Source: Amoebophrya sp. A120
Lineage: Eukaryota; Protista; Dinoflagellata
NCBI GenBank assembly: GCA_905178155.1
Contig: CAJINV010000020.1
Span: 310,001-374,000 of the forward strand
DNA: 64,000 bases
Direction: 5' to 3'
Part shown: piece after piece, positions 24,696 through 36,399 of the stretch
Numbering within the stretch: the first letter of the stretch is position 1
How the letters are laid out: every line of letters starts with the position of its first letter
The notes under the pieces: generated by a model
What the model saw: the letters and a program-made list of their open reading frames with translations, nothing else
What the model was told of the DNA's origin: nothing
The model's database searches: none
Translations under genes and position numbers: made by a program

Positions 24696-25918
24696 ATGTC
24701 TTCGCGCGCCGTGCATTTCTGGATGGTGGCCGCCGCAGTCTCCTTGAAGCTGCGCAAAGACGCCCCCGGAGCTGTCCGTGGAGGTGAAGTTGCACACGGA
24801 CCAGGCGACAGTAGCGGTATGACCCCGGTGAGGTCGCCGGATGTGACCTATGCTCCGTCTGCGGTTGGCGCTGGTACCTACTCTGAGGCCGGATCCGTCG
24901 CTGCAAGCTCTGCGGATCGGGCCGCCAGCATGATCAGTTCGCTGATGGCCAACTCGGGGGCAGCCGGGTCTTCTACGCCGGAAGCGTCCGTTGCAGGGTC
25001 GGCTGGCGACGCTGCGAACGACGACCGGATCAAGGACATTGAACGGGACCTGATTGCTGGCGCAGATATCACAGACAAAAATGCCTGCCGGAACAACAGG
25101 TTGTCATGTAAAAAATCAACAAAAGATTCCAAATCATGCATTCGCTCCACCGACCACACTTTACTCTGCAGCACCGAACGTATTGCATGAAAGATTGTGA
25201 ACTGTGGTGGCACTTTTGCCTGTGATATTGCAGGCCTTCGACAAATCCGCTAGCGTCGGAGAAACACCGGAGCAGCGGGAGTTGCACAATGCGGTGAAAG
25301 CGGCTCTGGTCAGCTCGCCGACGAAGCTCGGGTCCTATCCGGTTGCAGGTGCGAGTGCGGGCGCAGCTTCCTTTCTTGGCGTAGTGCACGGCAAGTTGTC
25401 CCTAACCAAAATGGCTAGCATCGCAACCAGCGTGGCCAAAGCTGCAGAAGCCCACGTCGTGTCGGGAAGAGCCAATGCGCAGTGCGACCAGTGTATCATC
25501 GGAAGAAAAAAATGTTGTCTTGAAACGGGAAGGAATGTATGCTGCGTTGCTGGGTTCGCGACCCAGAAGTGCATTCTTTTTCTTCGCGAAACGAAACAAA
25601 TGGTGAAAAATAAAGGGCTGTTAGTACTTACCATAACGAAGTTTCCATAGGTGCATGGCAAAACCAAAATATCCATAGATGCATGGCAAAAAATGCTGTT
25701 TCAAAATACAACAAATTTTTTTCAACCCGATACCGTCCTGCCAGCCGAACTTCAGCACGTGTCCGCAAGGGTGGGAATCTCGCCGGGACGGCTCCTGCAC
25801 GCACCCTTCCAGCTACACGGGCTATTGCAACAAGCCGCTGCGCCCGGCAGACTTCGCTGCCGCGGCGCTTGAGGAGTTTGAGGTCTACTGCAGCGCGTGC
25901 TTTCCCTGCTCAGCTTGA
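24696..25918 (+). CDS. CPW-WPC domain protein, 3 exons
   Basis: C-terminal CQPNFSTCPQGW...SCTHPSSYTGYC...FEVYCSACFPC; possible signal peptide; two TIR-bounded introns. Confidence 0.8.
25066..25228. mobile_element. TIR element within intron 1 of the CPW-WPC gene (likely GC-AG intron about 25062-25233)
   Basis: 20-bp TIR ATATCACAGACAAAAATGCC / GGCACTTTTGCCTGTGATAT. Confidence 0.75.
25494..25732. mobile_element. Introner (239 bp)
   Basis: TATC...GATA ends; TIR AAAAAAATGTTGTCTTGAAAC / GTTTCAAAATACAACAAATTTTTTT; degenerate TSD CAGTG/CCGTC; frame restored (CDPSCQP). Confidence 0.75.
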
Positions 25919-26249
25919 AGAATCCCTTGTGCCAGTTGTATTCCTTTAAGTTATTGTGCTGCCACTGGCTATTTTTTTTTTGACTTGCTAATATCGGTTT
26001 TTGCCGGCTTGCTGAGCTACGATCCTCTCTTGTAAAAAAAACTGTGGTCCGTTACTTTCTTCCAGTCTAACCCGTTTCGAAATGTTCTACTGCTGATGGC
26101 GTTCGGTCTACTTCCCGGATGGTGACGCTTTCAGGATAATGGTCTATGTTTCAATAGAAGGATTGCAAATGAACGTTATTTTACCGCTAGTACACATTGC
26201 TTCTACGAAACAATAAAGGAGCTTTCTTTTAAGTATTTGATGTATTTAT

Positions 26250-26312
26250 CCCGTGCTCTTCCTGAAGAGTTTCGCACTCCCTCCCAAAAAAATTGTATCG
26301 CGCGTCTTCGCT
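26250..26312. repeat. About 64-bp dispersed direct repeat, copy 2
   Basis: Near-identical to 24178-24241. Confidence 0.85.
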
Positions 26313-26983
26313 GGGAGGTGCCGTCACACTCCCGCAGCTGAGACAGTTGCTTAGAAACTCGAGCGTCTGTGTACTACAAAGTGTTCATCCCTGAAGACAG
26401 CGTTCGTTGGCACTTTCTTAAATACCCAAAAAGTCGGGTCGTGGCGTCAGGCGTAGTGGATTAGTTACATGCGGGAGGGGGTACAGCTACTGGGTGCAAC
26501 AGCCACGACAGACGCGGGCGCGTAGGAAGTGTCACACTTGAATAAACTCATTATCGGTAAAAAGACGTTTGCTATATTTCCCACTGACAAGTCGTCGCGC
26601 TCACTTTATCAAAATTGTTTCGCTACACACGTCACGTCGTGAAAAATGTGTCTTCATTAGCCCTGTCGTTTCATCAAAATCGGTCCTATCGTGATGGCAT
26701 TTCGTGGAAAAAAGTCGTGCGCGGCTGCGGGTGCGCTCTCTCTGCAAGTTGCCTTTCTACGATCCTGACGTGGTGGTTTTCTTATTTCCTTCACTCATTT
26801 CCTTTTCCGATGTGGAGTTACTTAGCACTTTTTTTTTCGGATCACAAAAAAGCGAAAATCGATACAACGGCGGATGAATTTGGAGTAACAGTAAACAGTA
26901 AAACAAAAACCCTACTTCCCGCTCTCATCGTGGCAAGAACTATCTATACTATTTTTGTACCAAGCGGCTGATAGAGCGAAAAA

Positions 26984-28279
26984 ATGGATCCCCACCACTT
27001 CCAATTTGGGAAGTGGGTGAAGCGAACGAACTCTGAGCCCGCGAAGAGACCGTCGAAGCCGGTGCCAAACAGAAAGAAAGACCCGGCCGGGGAAGGGTAC
27101 GGGAGCTTGTACGGAGCGGACTTTACACCACACCCAGGTGCGGGGATCTGGGCTAACCCACGAAGATGGGAGGGGATAAGGAACATGTAATTCACTATGA
27201 GAGAAATTCAAAATTCTGTTACCGTTTTTCCTAGCACTCAAGCGTTTGTGCAAGCCTCGGAATAAGTTTTTAGTACTGTAATGAGATAAGACATCAAAGT
27301 CAACGACAAACGTAAAACAAACAGGTTCTCAGAGAAGCCGCGACTGCCCCACCAAAAGTTCGCAAAGACGCCTTCAAAGAACGCCATGCTATTCGCGGAG
27401 CCGAGTTCCACATGGACTACGGACTACAGACAGAATATCGGTCACTTCACGTTTGCAGAAGGTAAGTAGTGAAAACCAGGCAAACGATTTGTACTTGTGG
27501 GGGTCGTCTTGACTCAGCTGATGTGCAGCTCTTGTTGCTCCTGCATCTTCTAAAGTCAAAAAATCACCTTTACTACAGGTATAGCCCAGAAAAGACAAAA
27601 GTGCCAGCTTGGGCAGGGGCGTGGTAGCCAAGCTTTTGAGGAAGACGGAGTTGGCATGAACTCGACAAGCAAATTCTGGACAAGCGACTACAGAGCAGGA
27701 CCGGGAAGCAAGAAAACGCCAGAGCAGATGGTACTTACTCGCTTGTCGATTTTAATGGAATCGTATGTCTCGCAGACTCTCCGTAAGGAAATTGTTGCTC
27801 AGTAAGTCGCTCGTGACAACAAGTATAGTTCGCACACATTGCATTCAACGAGTGATCAACATGATGAAAAAATCACAAAGGCGCGCGCCAAACGGGAACC
27901 ACCAGAAGCGTTCAAGTCAAAAATGCCGCCCTACTACGAGAGAATCCATCCACACTGGGGCGACCTGAAGGACAATCCCTACGCAACCGGCTACAAAGGA
28001 TGTAAAAAAACATTGTGGTTGAATTTGAAAATCGGTCGAATTCGAAGGGGGCCTCGCTGCATTTTTAGGTTGTGAATGCATGGCACAAGAAAGAAAGAAG
28101 AATGAGAATCATATTCGAACAAATGAAACCATCAAACAGGGCTCGCATCCGACTACCAGGAGGGTAGCGGCTACCGTGACGAACCGAAGATCTACCGCGC
28201 CACGCGACACAGCAAGGATGAGTACCGCTACATCCGAGGGTGCTTCCACTACCCGATCAAGCCTCTGGTGGGCTACTAG
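26984..28279 (+). CDS. Hypothetical basic protein with repeated W-T-[TS]-D-Y motifs, 5 exons
   Basis: GT-AG introns join in frame: ...WEGIRNM/FSEKPR..STWTTDY../..FWTSDY../ARAKREPP..GYKG/WLASDY..PLVGY*. Confidence 0.65.
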
Positions 28280-29299
28280 ACCCGGGTAGTTGAACGTGTT
28301 ACAGTGGAGTCCAGTGACTTCGACGTACATTTACAGTTACAGGTTACAGTATGAATTTACACAGGTTTCAGAATTTGACATCACAGTTTTCCCACGGCGC
28401 TTGTTGCCAGTGAAAACTTTTACAAAAGTTGTCAAAGTTTAGAAGCAGAAGTGCCATTTACTATGTTAGCTTTGAAGATGTCATGATACACATCTACGTG
28501 GTCTTTGCCGGTGCCCCCTTGTAGATTTGATTCCGGGTCATAAAGCGCAGTTTCCTTGTACCTTACCTCTGGACGATGTTTCAACATCGAACTCTTTGTA
28601 CAAAAACCACTTGATGAAGACGAACACGGTAGGAATAATTCGATGGAACAAGTCACATGGATTTTGATTCGAATCCCAAAAATCAAGGAGCGCGGGCTCG
28701 TTCGTTGTGAGTGTCAAGGGGAAGATAGAAAGACGACACTCTCTTTTTGGTGTTTCTTCGGGTTCTCTGGATTTTCGCTTTGCGTTTCGTCCAAAGTACC
28801 CCGGAGCAACACTGTCGCGAGGTGAAGCGCAGGAGCTGCTTTTTTCCATCTTGTTGGAAATAAGAAAGCGGTCGTGCCAACGACAGTGTGCGGTCTCGTT
28901 TTGCCGCGGAGTCACTGGCCTACTCCAGGAATTACGTTTAGATACGTGCAATAGACAACTCGTGCAATCGATAGAGAAAGAGAAAAGTAATTCTTGCAGT
29001 TGTTTGAGCGAAACTGAGTTGACGTGGAGGTCGTGGCTGTTGTTTTCGTGAAGGGGAGACCGAGTGGGAGTACTCTTTCAGTACAAGGCTTCACTTTGAT
29101 GTTGAGGTTTACTCTTGTAAGAGTTGTTAGAAAAACAAAAGGGATCGAGAGAGGGATAGTTTTCAGTCGTATGCCACAAGTCCTGACGAATTAAAACTGT
29201 TGCTATTCTTCACCAACCTTCTGCAATACTCAAACGGAGCCCGATTCTGAAAGCCTAAAAGTAAAGTCTGATCACCAATTCTTCCAATAAGCGAAGAAG

Positions 29300-30360
29300 A
29301 TGGAAATCTCTCGCTTGTCCGGCAGAGAACCCGGAAAAAGCGGTCGCGGGCCCGGAGCGGGACAGTCGACGGCACGACAAAGCACAGGTCGTGCAAACCT
29401 TCTGACGCGCTTCCTGCAGGACATCAACGGCTTTGGGAGCAAGACTACGACGGGCAAAAACAAGAAGAGGAGCACCTCCGTGGTGCTCGCCACCATCTTC
29501 ATCGCCTTCCTCTTCGTCTTGGCTTTGTTCCACCTGACCTCGTCGTTCTCCGCACAGGTTGATGCGCGGCGGTACATGCTCCGATCGGAGAAGCGCCTTG
29601 CGGCAGAGCGAGCAGCTGCTGCGGCAAGTGCCGGCCAGGAAGTTGCTGCGCAAGGTGGCGACCCGACGACAACGATTGGCGCTTCTGCGCAAACTACCGG
29701 CGCTGTTACAACCTCAACTTCGTGGTTGTCATGGTTGCATCCCTTGTCGTGGTTTCCTGGAGATGGAAGAGAATCGATGACTGCGTCTTCTTCGGTGCCA
29801 CCGTCGCAGGAATCAGAAACAGCCGCTGGCGAAAGCGCTACCGCAGGAGTACAAGATAAAGTGGCTGAACACATACCAGTCGGCCTTCCACCAGCAGCAG
29901 CTGCAGCACTGTCGTTCGTCGAGGTTAGCAGGACTACCTCTGCTTTGCAGAGCGCGTCCTCTTTGACACCCGCAGGAACGACACCCGCAGTGCCTGCTGG
30001 TACTAGTTTTTCTGTGGATGTATATGTGTATCTTAGGTAGGTTGCCGTCGCGGCGGCGGCCGAATAGCAACAGATACTAGATTATGCGCTTCGCTTGTAT
30101 TGCTATTGTTTGTTTTTGCTCCAGTTCCCTCATCTATGTCTATCGGAACATCAACATGTCCAAAATGAAGTGACACCAAGGTCGGTCCTCGTGTTGCAGC
30201 ACAGTGTTGTTCTTGTGCTTCCTCCTGATTTTCATATTTTCTTTCATCTTTTCGAAAAATTCCATACAGGTGCAGGTGATACGGGACCGGTTGCGGATGA
30301 ACCTACAGAGGTTCCGGTTCCGGTGTCGGACAAGAGTCTGGCTATAGAAGGGCGCAGCAT
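29300..30360 (+). CDS. Hypothetical type II membrane protein; 3' end uncertain
   Basis: ATG 29300; TM helix VVLATIFIAFLFVLALFHL; Ser/Thr/Ala-rich stem; GT-AG intron about 30000-30269. Confidence 0.55.
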
Positions 30361-32099
30361 GTTGGTAGACATCCTCCTTTCGAGCCCGTTGATTTGGCAA
30401 TTTGGCCAGGGATCAGCGCATATGCATGCAAAAAAAAACAGACGGAACCAAAAAGTAAAAGCACTCTCATGTTATGGCACGCGTCAGGATGGCACTTCCA
30501 CTTCAACTTCAACAGCTACAACAGAACTGCGACATGATCAACAACTAGGCATTGTGAGCGACATATGATTATGACTATGAGGCTCTTGTCGAGTTTCTGG
30601 TCAATAATCAACGTATGCAAGCTGCTTGTACTACACATGTACTTATACACAAGCCGAATATGCAATTGCGAGTTCCCGTTGTTTTTTTGTTTTTCTGCGG
30701 ATATCTCGAGGTTCCAACATAAACATAAAACCTCTTCACTCTTTGTCACACGCGGTTTTCTTTGTCTTGGTTGTCCTGTTTGCCGGTGGAATGGTGTTCA
30801 GAGCACAAACGCGTCTACACGCCAAGTCAGTGGCCTAGCGCTACAATTTGGAAAGTAGAAGGATTCAGTCCTTTTTTCGGGCTTGGGCGCTTCTAGTTTG
30901 GGGGCTTTTCGCTCGCATGAACGGCACGGTTTTATTGGTTTTCCGCTTTCTTTTTTGCGAAGAAGTAGTTCGCTGGAACTTCATGCAGATCCAGTGGAAC
31001 ATAGGTTTAGCTTGAGGCTTATTGGTGTCTCGGTCTGCAAAGTCGAAGCGAGGACGAGGCAATCGCTTCTCCTTCGGAGAAGTAAAAGTAGGAAGCCAGA
31101 AGGCAAATTTGGCTTCTTGGATGGATACTCTCCCTCCCGCCTTGTTGATTTCTCCGGCCAGGAACTCAAATTCAAAACGAGCGGCTCGCTTCGAGCCTCT
31201 GAATGCTGAGTGAGAAAGAAAAATTGGGCACCTAAGAAGTCCGACTCCTCGGACGAATGTGGACTGCTGCAAGAACAGAGATAAGTACTTATGGCTGCTC
31301 GGTCTGTGAAGTCGAAACCAACGAAACAACGACGGCTCCGTTCGAGAAGCCAAGAAGCAAACTTGACTTCTCGGATGGAGAACATGTGGCGACGAATAGA
31401 CTGGATTTCTCGGTCAAAAAAATCGAAGCGAAGCTTGCGCGTTTCCGTCCAAGGAGCCAAAGAACTTTGACTTCTTCGCCGGAGAAGTGGCACAACATAG
31501 ATTTTTTGGTTTTTCGTTTGAGAACTCTACTCGCGCCGTCGAGCTCTCTGGTGAGCGGGATGCTTTGCTTCGGCTCCTCAGACGGACGAGTCAAACAAAC
31601 AGAAATAAAGAAAAGCGACTGCGCTCAATAGGAGTTGGGCGGGCCAGGAGATTGGTAGAAAATCAAAATTACATAACAGAGTACGCCCCAGCGTGCATTA
31701 CGCCGGGCTTGCCTCTCGCTTCACACTTGTTCGAAGGAAAAACAAAAACGAAAACTCCAAATAAAAGTTAATACAGAAGCGCCGGATAAAAGTAAAAACG
31801 GAGGCAAAAAAGAAGAGAAAAACACGAAACAAAGCGAACACCAAGTTGAGAAATTCTTGAATTAGAGGTCAGTCGAAGGCCATCAAGTTCAGGGTCCAAT
31901 TGAAGGCTAGCGAGTCCCAGAAAAAGAAATTCGGCCCAATAAAATTGAAAAAAGGAAATACGCAGAAGAAAAAGGAAGCGCCATATGAAAGCACCAGACA
32001 GATGGACCCGAATTTCACATAGTCATTTACCGTCCGAATTTAATCAAGTCAAATGCAAAATAGATAGAATTAGAACTCCAACTCCTTCATCATGTACAG

Positions 32100-34306
32100 G
32101 TCAGAATTTTCTGAAGGCTTGGAACCAACGGGAGGACATTGATAAAGCCAAAGTTCTCGCGTACCTGGGGTCCGTAGAACAGGAGACGCTCGACTGTTGC
32201 CCGCAGGAGGCGTATACTCTCAGTGCCCCGCCGCTGCAAACAGAAAAACATGTCTTCGCCATCCTGAAAACAAACCTGGAGCAGTGGGGACAGTGGGGAC
32301 CACGGGGACCAGTAAAGTGGAATGATAAGAACGAGTTGCAGGATCAGATTTGCCCTGTGATATGGTCGTTTTTCTACGGAGGCAACGCACGTGATGAAGA
32401 CAAAGCAAAAACACTTCTCAAGCGTCGTCTGCCACAGCCACCTGGGACAGCGGCCTCAACTGCGGATGATGGTTCATCTGCTCTTGCTGTTACCTCGGCT
32501 GCGCCTGCGCCGTCCTCCCATGGCCATGTTACCGGAGGAAGCAGCACTGACATGATCACCGCCGCCGGGCAAGACGAGCATAACCTGCTGCACAGCGAGC
32601 AGCTGAAGGTGTTGAAAATGGCGATGGACGACAAACCCGACTCCGTGCTGGATTCGTCCTCGCACAGCACGGGTGCTGAGGCCGCTGGTGCAAGCGGTGG
32701 AACCAGTTCCAGTCCTGCAAGCACCATCTCCATCGCGGACAGTAAGAATCCTACTGATCATGAAGATACTTACGTGCGTTTTTCGTTCTTAATATTTTAT
32801 TTATCGTTTTAATTTTATTGCTGTACCTATCGCCGCCCGGTGATTGAGTTTCTGTCTCTTTTGCTTGATCGAAGCGTCGATATGAAAAAGAAAATCTTCG
32901 CACTCGCAGCCGCAGCTCGCATTGCAATTACGGATGCCACGACCACGGGCTCGGCACTAGAATCGGATCAGCAAGCTGGCTTGACGAACGGCAACAAAAA
33001 GAATCACGCCCCGATCGTGTCCCAGAAGCAGACGACTACGGAGCAGGAGCCGGACTCGTGGGATGTCAGCGGGAGGCACGACAGCCCAGCCTCGGTACAG
33101 GATGATGCACCCGTCGTCCAGAGCGCGGCGGATGTTGTCGCAGCGAAGTCCTCAACCGCTTCGCCGCTGTCCGCGACTTCTGCTTCGTCCAGCATGGCGG
33201 ACTTGAGCTCTGCGGACGGAGCTGCAGTGCAGATGGGGGCGGGTGTTGCGGGTATAATTAATTTTCACGTTTTCACACGGAAGTCGAAGTTTCAATTTGA
33301 GGTGTGCAATCTTGCAGAAAAAACAAAAATCTTGCGAACTAACATATATATATAAATATAAAATGACGTGTTTTGGTACTGCCATCAACATCATGCGGTC
33401 ATGCATCAACCCAAGCCATCACGTTGGCTTCTCGTCAAAGCATCCCGAAACCATTCTACAGGTACAACCACGTCGACGCGCGTGCTTCACTTGTCCGAGC
33501 AGCCACCAGCGGACAGCACGACTCCGACAAACGCAAGTCCAACCGCCGACATCATGGACAGTAAAACGCGTGTGCCTGCTAGTTCGGGCCTGCTGGAAGT
33601 GGCTAGCGCGAATGACAGGGGAGGACACTACGGGGCTGTGAATGCGATGCCCTCCACGACTGCGTCGCCGCTCTCCACGGATGCTTCGTCCAGCATGGTG
33701 GAATTGAGCTCTGCAGACGCAGCTGCATCGCAGATGGGGGGAGTTGCTGGTACTCTAAATTTATTCTTGTCTTCACGACACGGCATTGTGTGCCGGCGCT
33801 CCCATCATGTATAGGCAAAGCCATCACATGGACTGTTCGTGATAACATCCTGTAATCATTCTACAGGTACAACCACGACGCAAGTCCGTGATTTGGCCGA
33901 GACGACTCCGACAACCGCGATCCCGACCACCGGTATCGTGGACGGTGACGCGAGCGGGACAGCTCGCACAGCCCTGCTGGAAGTGACAGGCGCGAATGAC
34001 GGGGGAGGCCATGGAGCTGCGCATGCGATGCAACATGACCAAGAAGGCAGTTCGCATTCGCCGGCTGAAACTGGAGCTGGTGCTGCTGGTCTTGCTGTTG
34101 CGTCCACTGCGCTATCCTCCCATGTTGCCGGAGGAACCACTGCTGACATGATTGCCTTCGCCGGGCAGGACGAGCATCACCCGTTGTTCAGCGAGCAGTT
34201 GAAAATCGCGACGAACAACAAACCCGACGCCAAGCTGGATTCGTCTTCGCACGACACCGGTGCCACGCCCCATGGTACAAACGGTGGAACTAGTCTCGGG
34301 CAATAG
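32100..34306 (+). CDS. Multi-exon low-complexity hypothetical protein with internally duplicated exons; start uncertain, may begin near 31 kb
   Basis: Successive + ORFs; repeated peptides SSHxxGGxTxDMIxxAGQDEH...KPDxxLDSSSH and STASPLSxxASSSMxxLSSAD. Confidence 0.5.
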
Positions 34307-35595
34307 GGTCCGGCAACAAGAGCAGCTGGCCCTTCTATGAGGCAAGTGTTTTCTTTCTCGATCTCGTCAGATTGATTTGGAGTAGTAAGTACCAGGGACG
34401 TCGGAATGCCAGCTTCCGCCACTTGATCAAGCGAAAAATCTATTCCAAGAACAGCAGCAGAGGAACAAATAATTTAGAGTTTATTTTAATATTCTTGTGA
34501 ATGAAACACCAAAAGACCCACTGCTCCTTTTTAGTCGTGTGCCAGGTTGCGAACAGATGTAAGCCTGCTCCTGTCTATCGAGGAACTGCGTAAGAGGCAA
34601 CGCCAATCACCACCTAATTCCCATCCCATCCCACCCAAAACTAAAAGTCAAAATAGATTTGTACAGGAACGACCTCCAGCATTCACTTTGTACTAGTTTC
34701 ACCTCGTTTATTCGCTACAACTTACATTAATATGATTATCATTTTGTATTTATTGCACTTGTTTCTGTTTCGCTTTCGGTCGTGATGTCGATCCACATCT
34801 GCTGTCACAGATTATATTAATAATCCCAACTACCCTGCGCTGGATTCGTCTTCGCACGACAACGAGGCGAGGCCCGAGGTTGCAATTGGCAAAACCAGGT
34901 TCGCCGAGTAGCCGTCGGCTACAAGAACGGGTGTGATAGTGTGAAAATTCTTTTTCTCTTCAGAAGATTCAAGATGTGGTTGAGTATCAAGCACGAACAG
35001 CCTCACAATTAAAGAAGAAAAGGGAAAGGCATCACGTATCCAATGAATGAATCATCGCAAGCCCCAAAGTAAAGAGGAGTATGTATTGAAAGAAGAGCTT
35101 CAACGTGTGTGTACCTTCTCCGAAGCAATAAAAATACATTATGTACCAACGAATGGAATAAACCCGTGGAATCCTAATCTGTAATAAAATCAAAAGAATT
35201 ATTGAAACAATCTGTACAAGCGGATAAATACGAAATGGTGAAGCGCTTCCATTTCATGATGGAGCACTGGAAGTGTTCGTGAAGTTTGTGTTTGTTCCGA
35301 AAAAAAACGCGGGGAATGGAAATCGAAGAGCGTGCGCTCGTTTGTGTGAACGTCAGACGGAAGAAGGAGCACGCTTGCGAAGGCTAGGAGGGAATGATTG
35401 GTAAAGGAGCGAGCAGTGAGTTGTCGAATTGCCAATTAGCAACTTCAGAAAAACAAGTATTGCTTGGTCCAGAATATGAATAATCCCACCTACAGAGTTA
35501 GATGAGCCATTTCATTCTTCGTTTGACACGAGCTCGAGTCAGCCACCGTACGTAGATAGCAGGGCAGGACCATTACTCACTTTCTTGATGAAAAC

Positions 35596-36003
35596 ATGAG
35601 ACTTTTCCAATCTCTCTCCGAGGGTTTTTTCAGCGACGCCAATGCTGGTCACCACGACCGAGTTCCGCAGCATGACGAACCACCATGGAGCGGAGCGCGG
35701 TGGGGGCCGAAGATGGATGACGTGAATTGCGACGTGTCATCAATTCGTTCCAGAGTTTTCAATGCAAGCACGGTGCGGAGAAAACCCGTTCTGTCAACTT
35801 CGTTCCTCGCGTCGTGGCCGATTGGAATCGACCCAGATATGAAAAAGCCGTGTCCGAAAGATTGGCAACTTTCCGCGGCCGGCTGCATTGCGCCGCCGGA
35901 GTACAAAGGGTTTTGCTCGCCTTTGGTGGATTTCAGTGTGATGGACCAAGATTCAAAAGCGCGGTTTGCCGCTATGTGTGACATCTACTGGTCCAAGTTG
36001 TAG
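35596..36003 (+). CDS. CPW-WPC domain protein; ends uncertain
   Basis: CPKDWQLSAAGCIAPPEYKGFC...SKARFAAMCDIYW. Confidence 0.75.
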   Translation: MRLFQSLSEGFFSDANAGHHDRVPQHDEPPWSGARWGPKMDDVNCDVSSIRSRVFNASTVRRKPVLSTSFLASWPIGIDPDMKKPCPKDWQLSAAGCIAPPEYKGFCSPLVDFSVMDQDSKARFAAMCDIYWSKL

Positions 36004-36399
36004 TGTATATGCGTTGACAAATAGAAATATTACTGTATGATTATGATATTGTTTCAGATTGTTTTGCAAAGCCGTTGATTCATATGGAGTGTTGCCTGTA
36101 GTTTTTGTTGTGACACCAGATGTCGTGCAGCTGGGCTGCTGCTTCGCTCTGCAGCCGGGATTTCTGTTCACTGCTACCAGCCGGTGATCGGTTGCTGGGG
36201 CACAATTTTGAAGTTCAAGAAGCATAACTTAGGATCTCCTGTGTTTCTCAAGGCCACAGAGTGATTTTCGGGTTGAAATGGCTTTGGTTTTATTTAAGGA
36301 TCTCTCTGGACGAGAAGATTGAGCGTGTATCCGATAGATTTATTTTTTCCAAGAAACTTATTTACCTGTACGTGCAATTTTGAATTTTCAGAAGACAAG

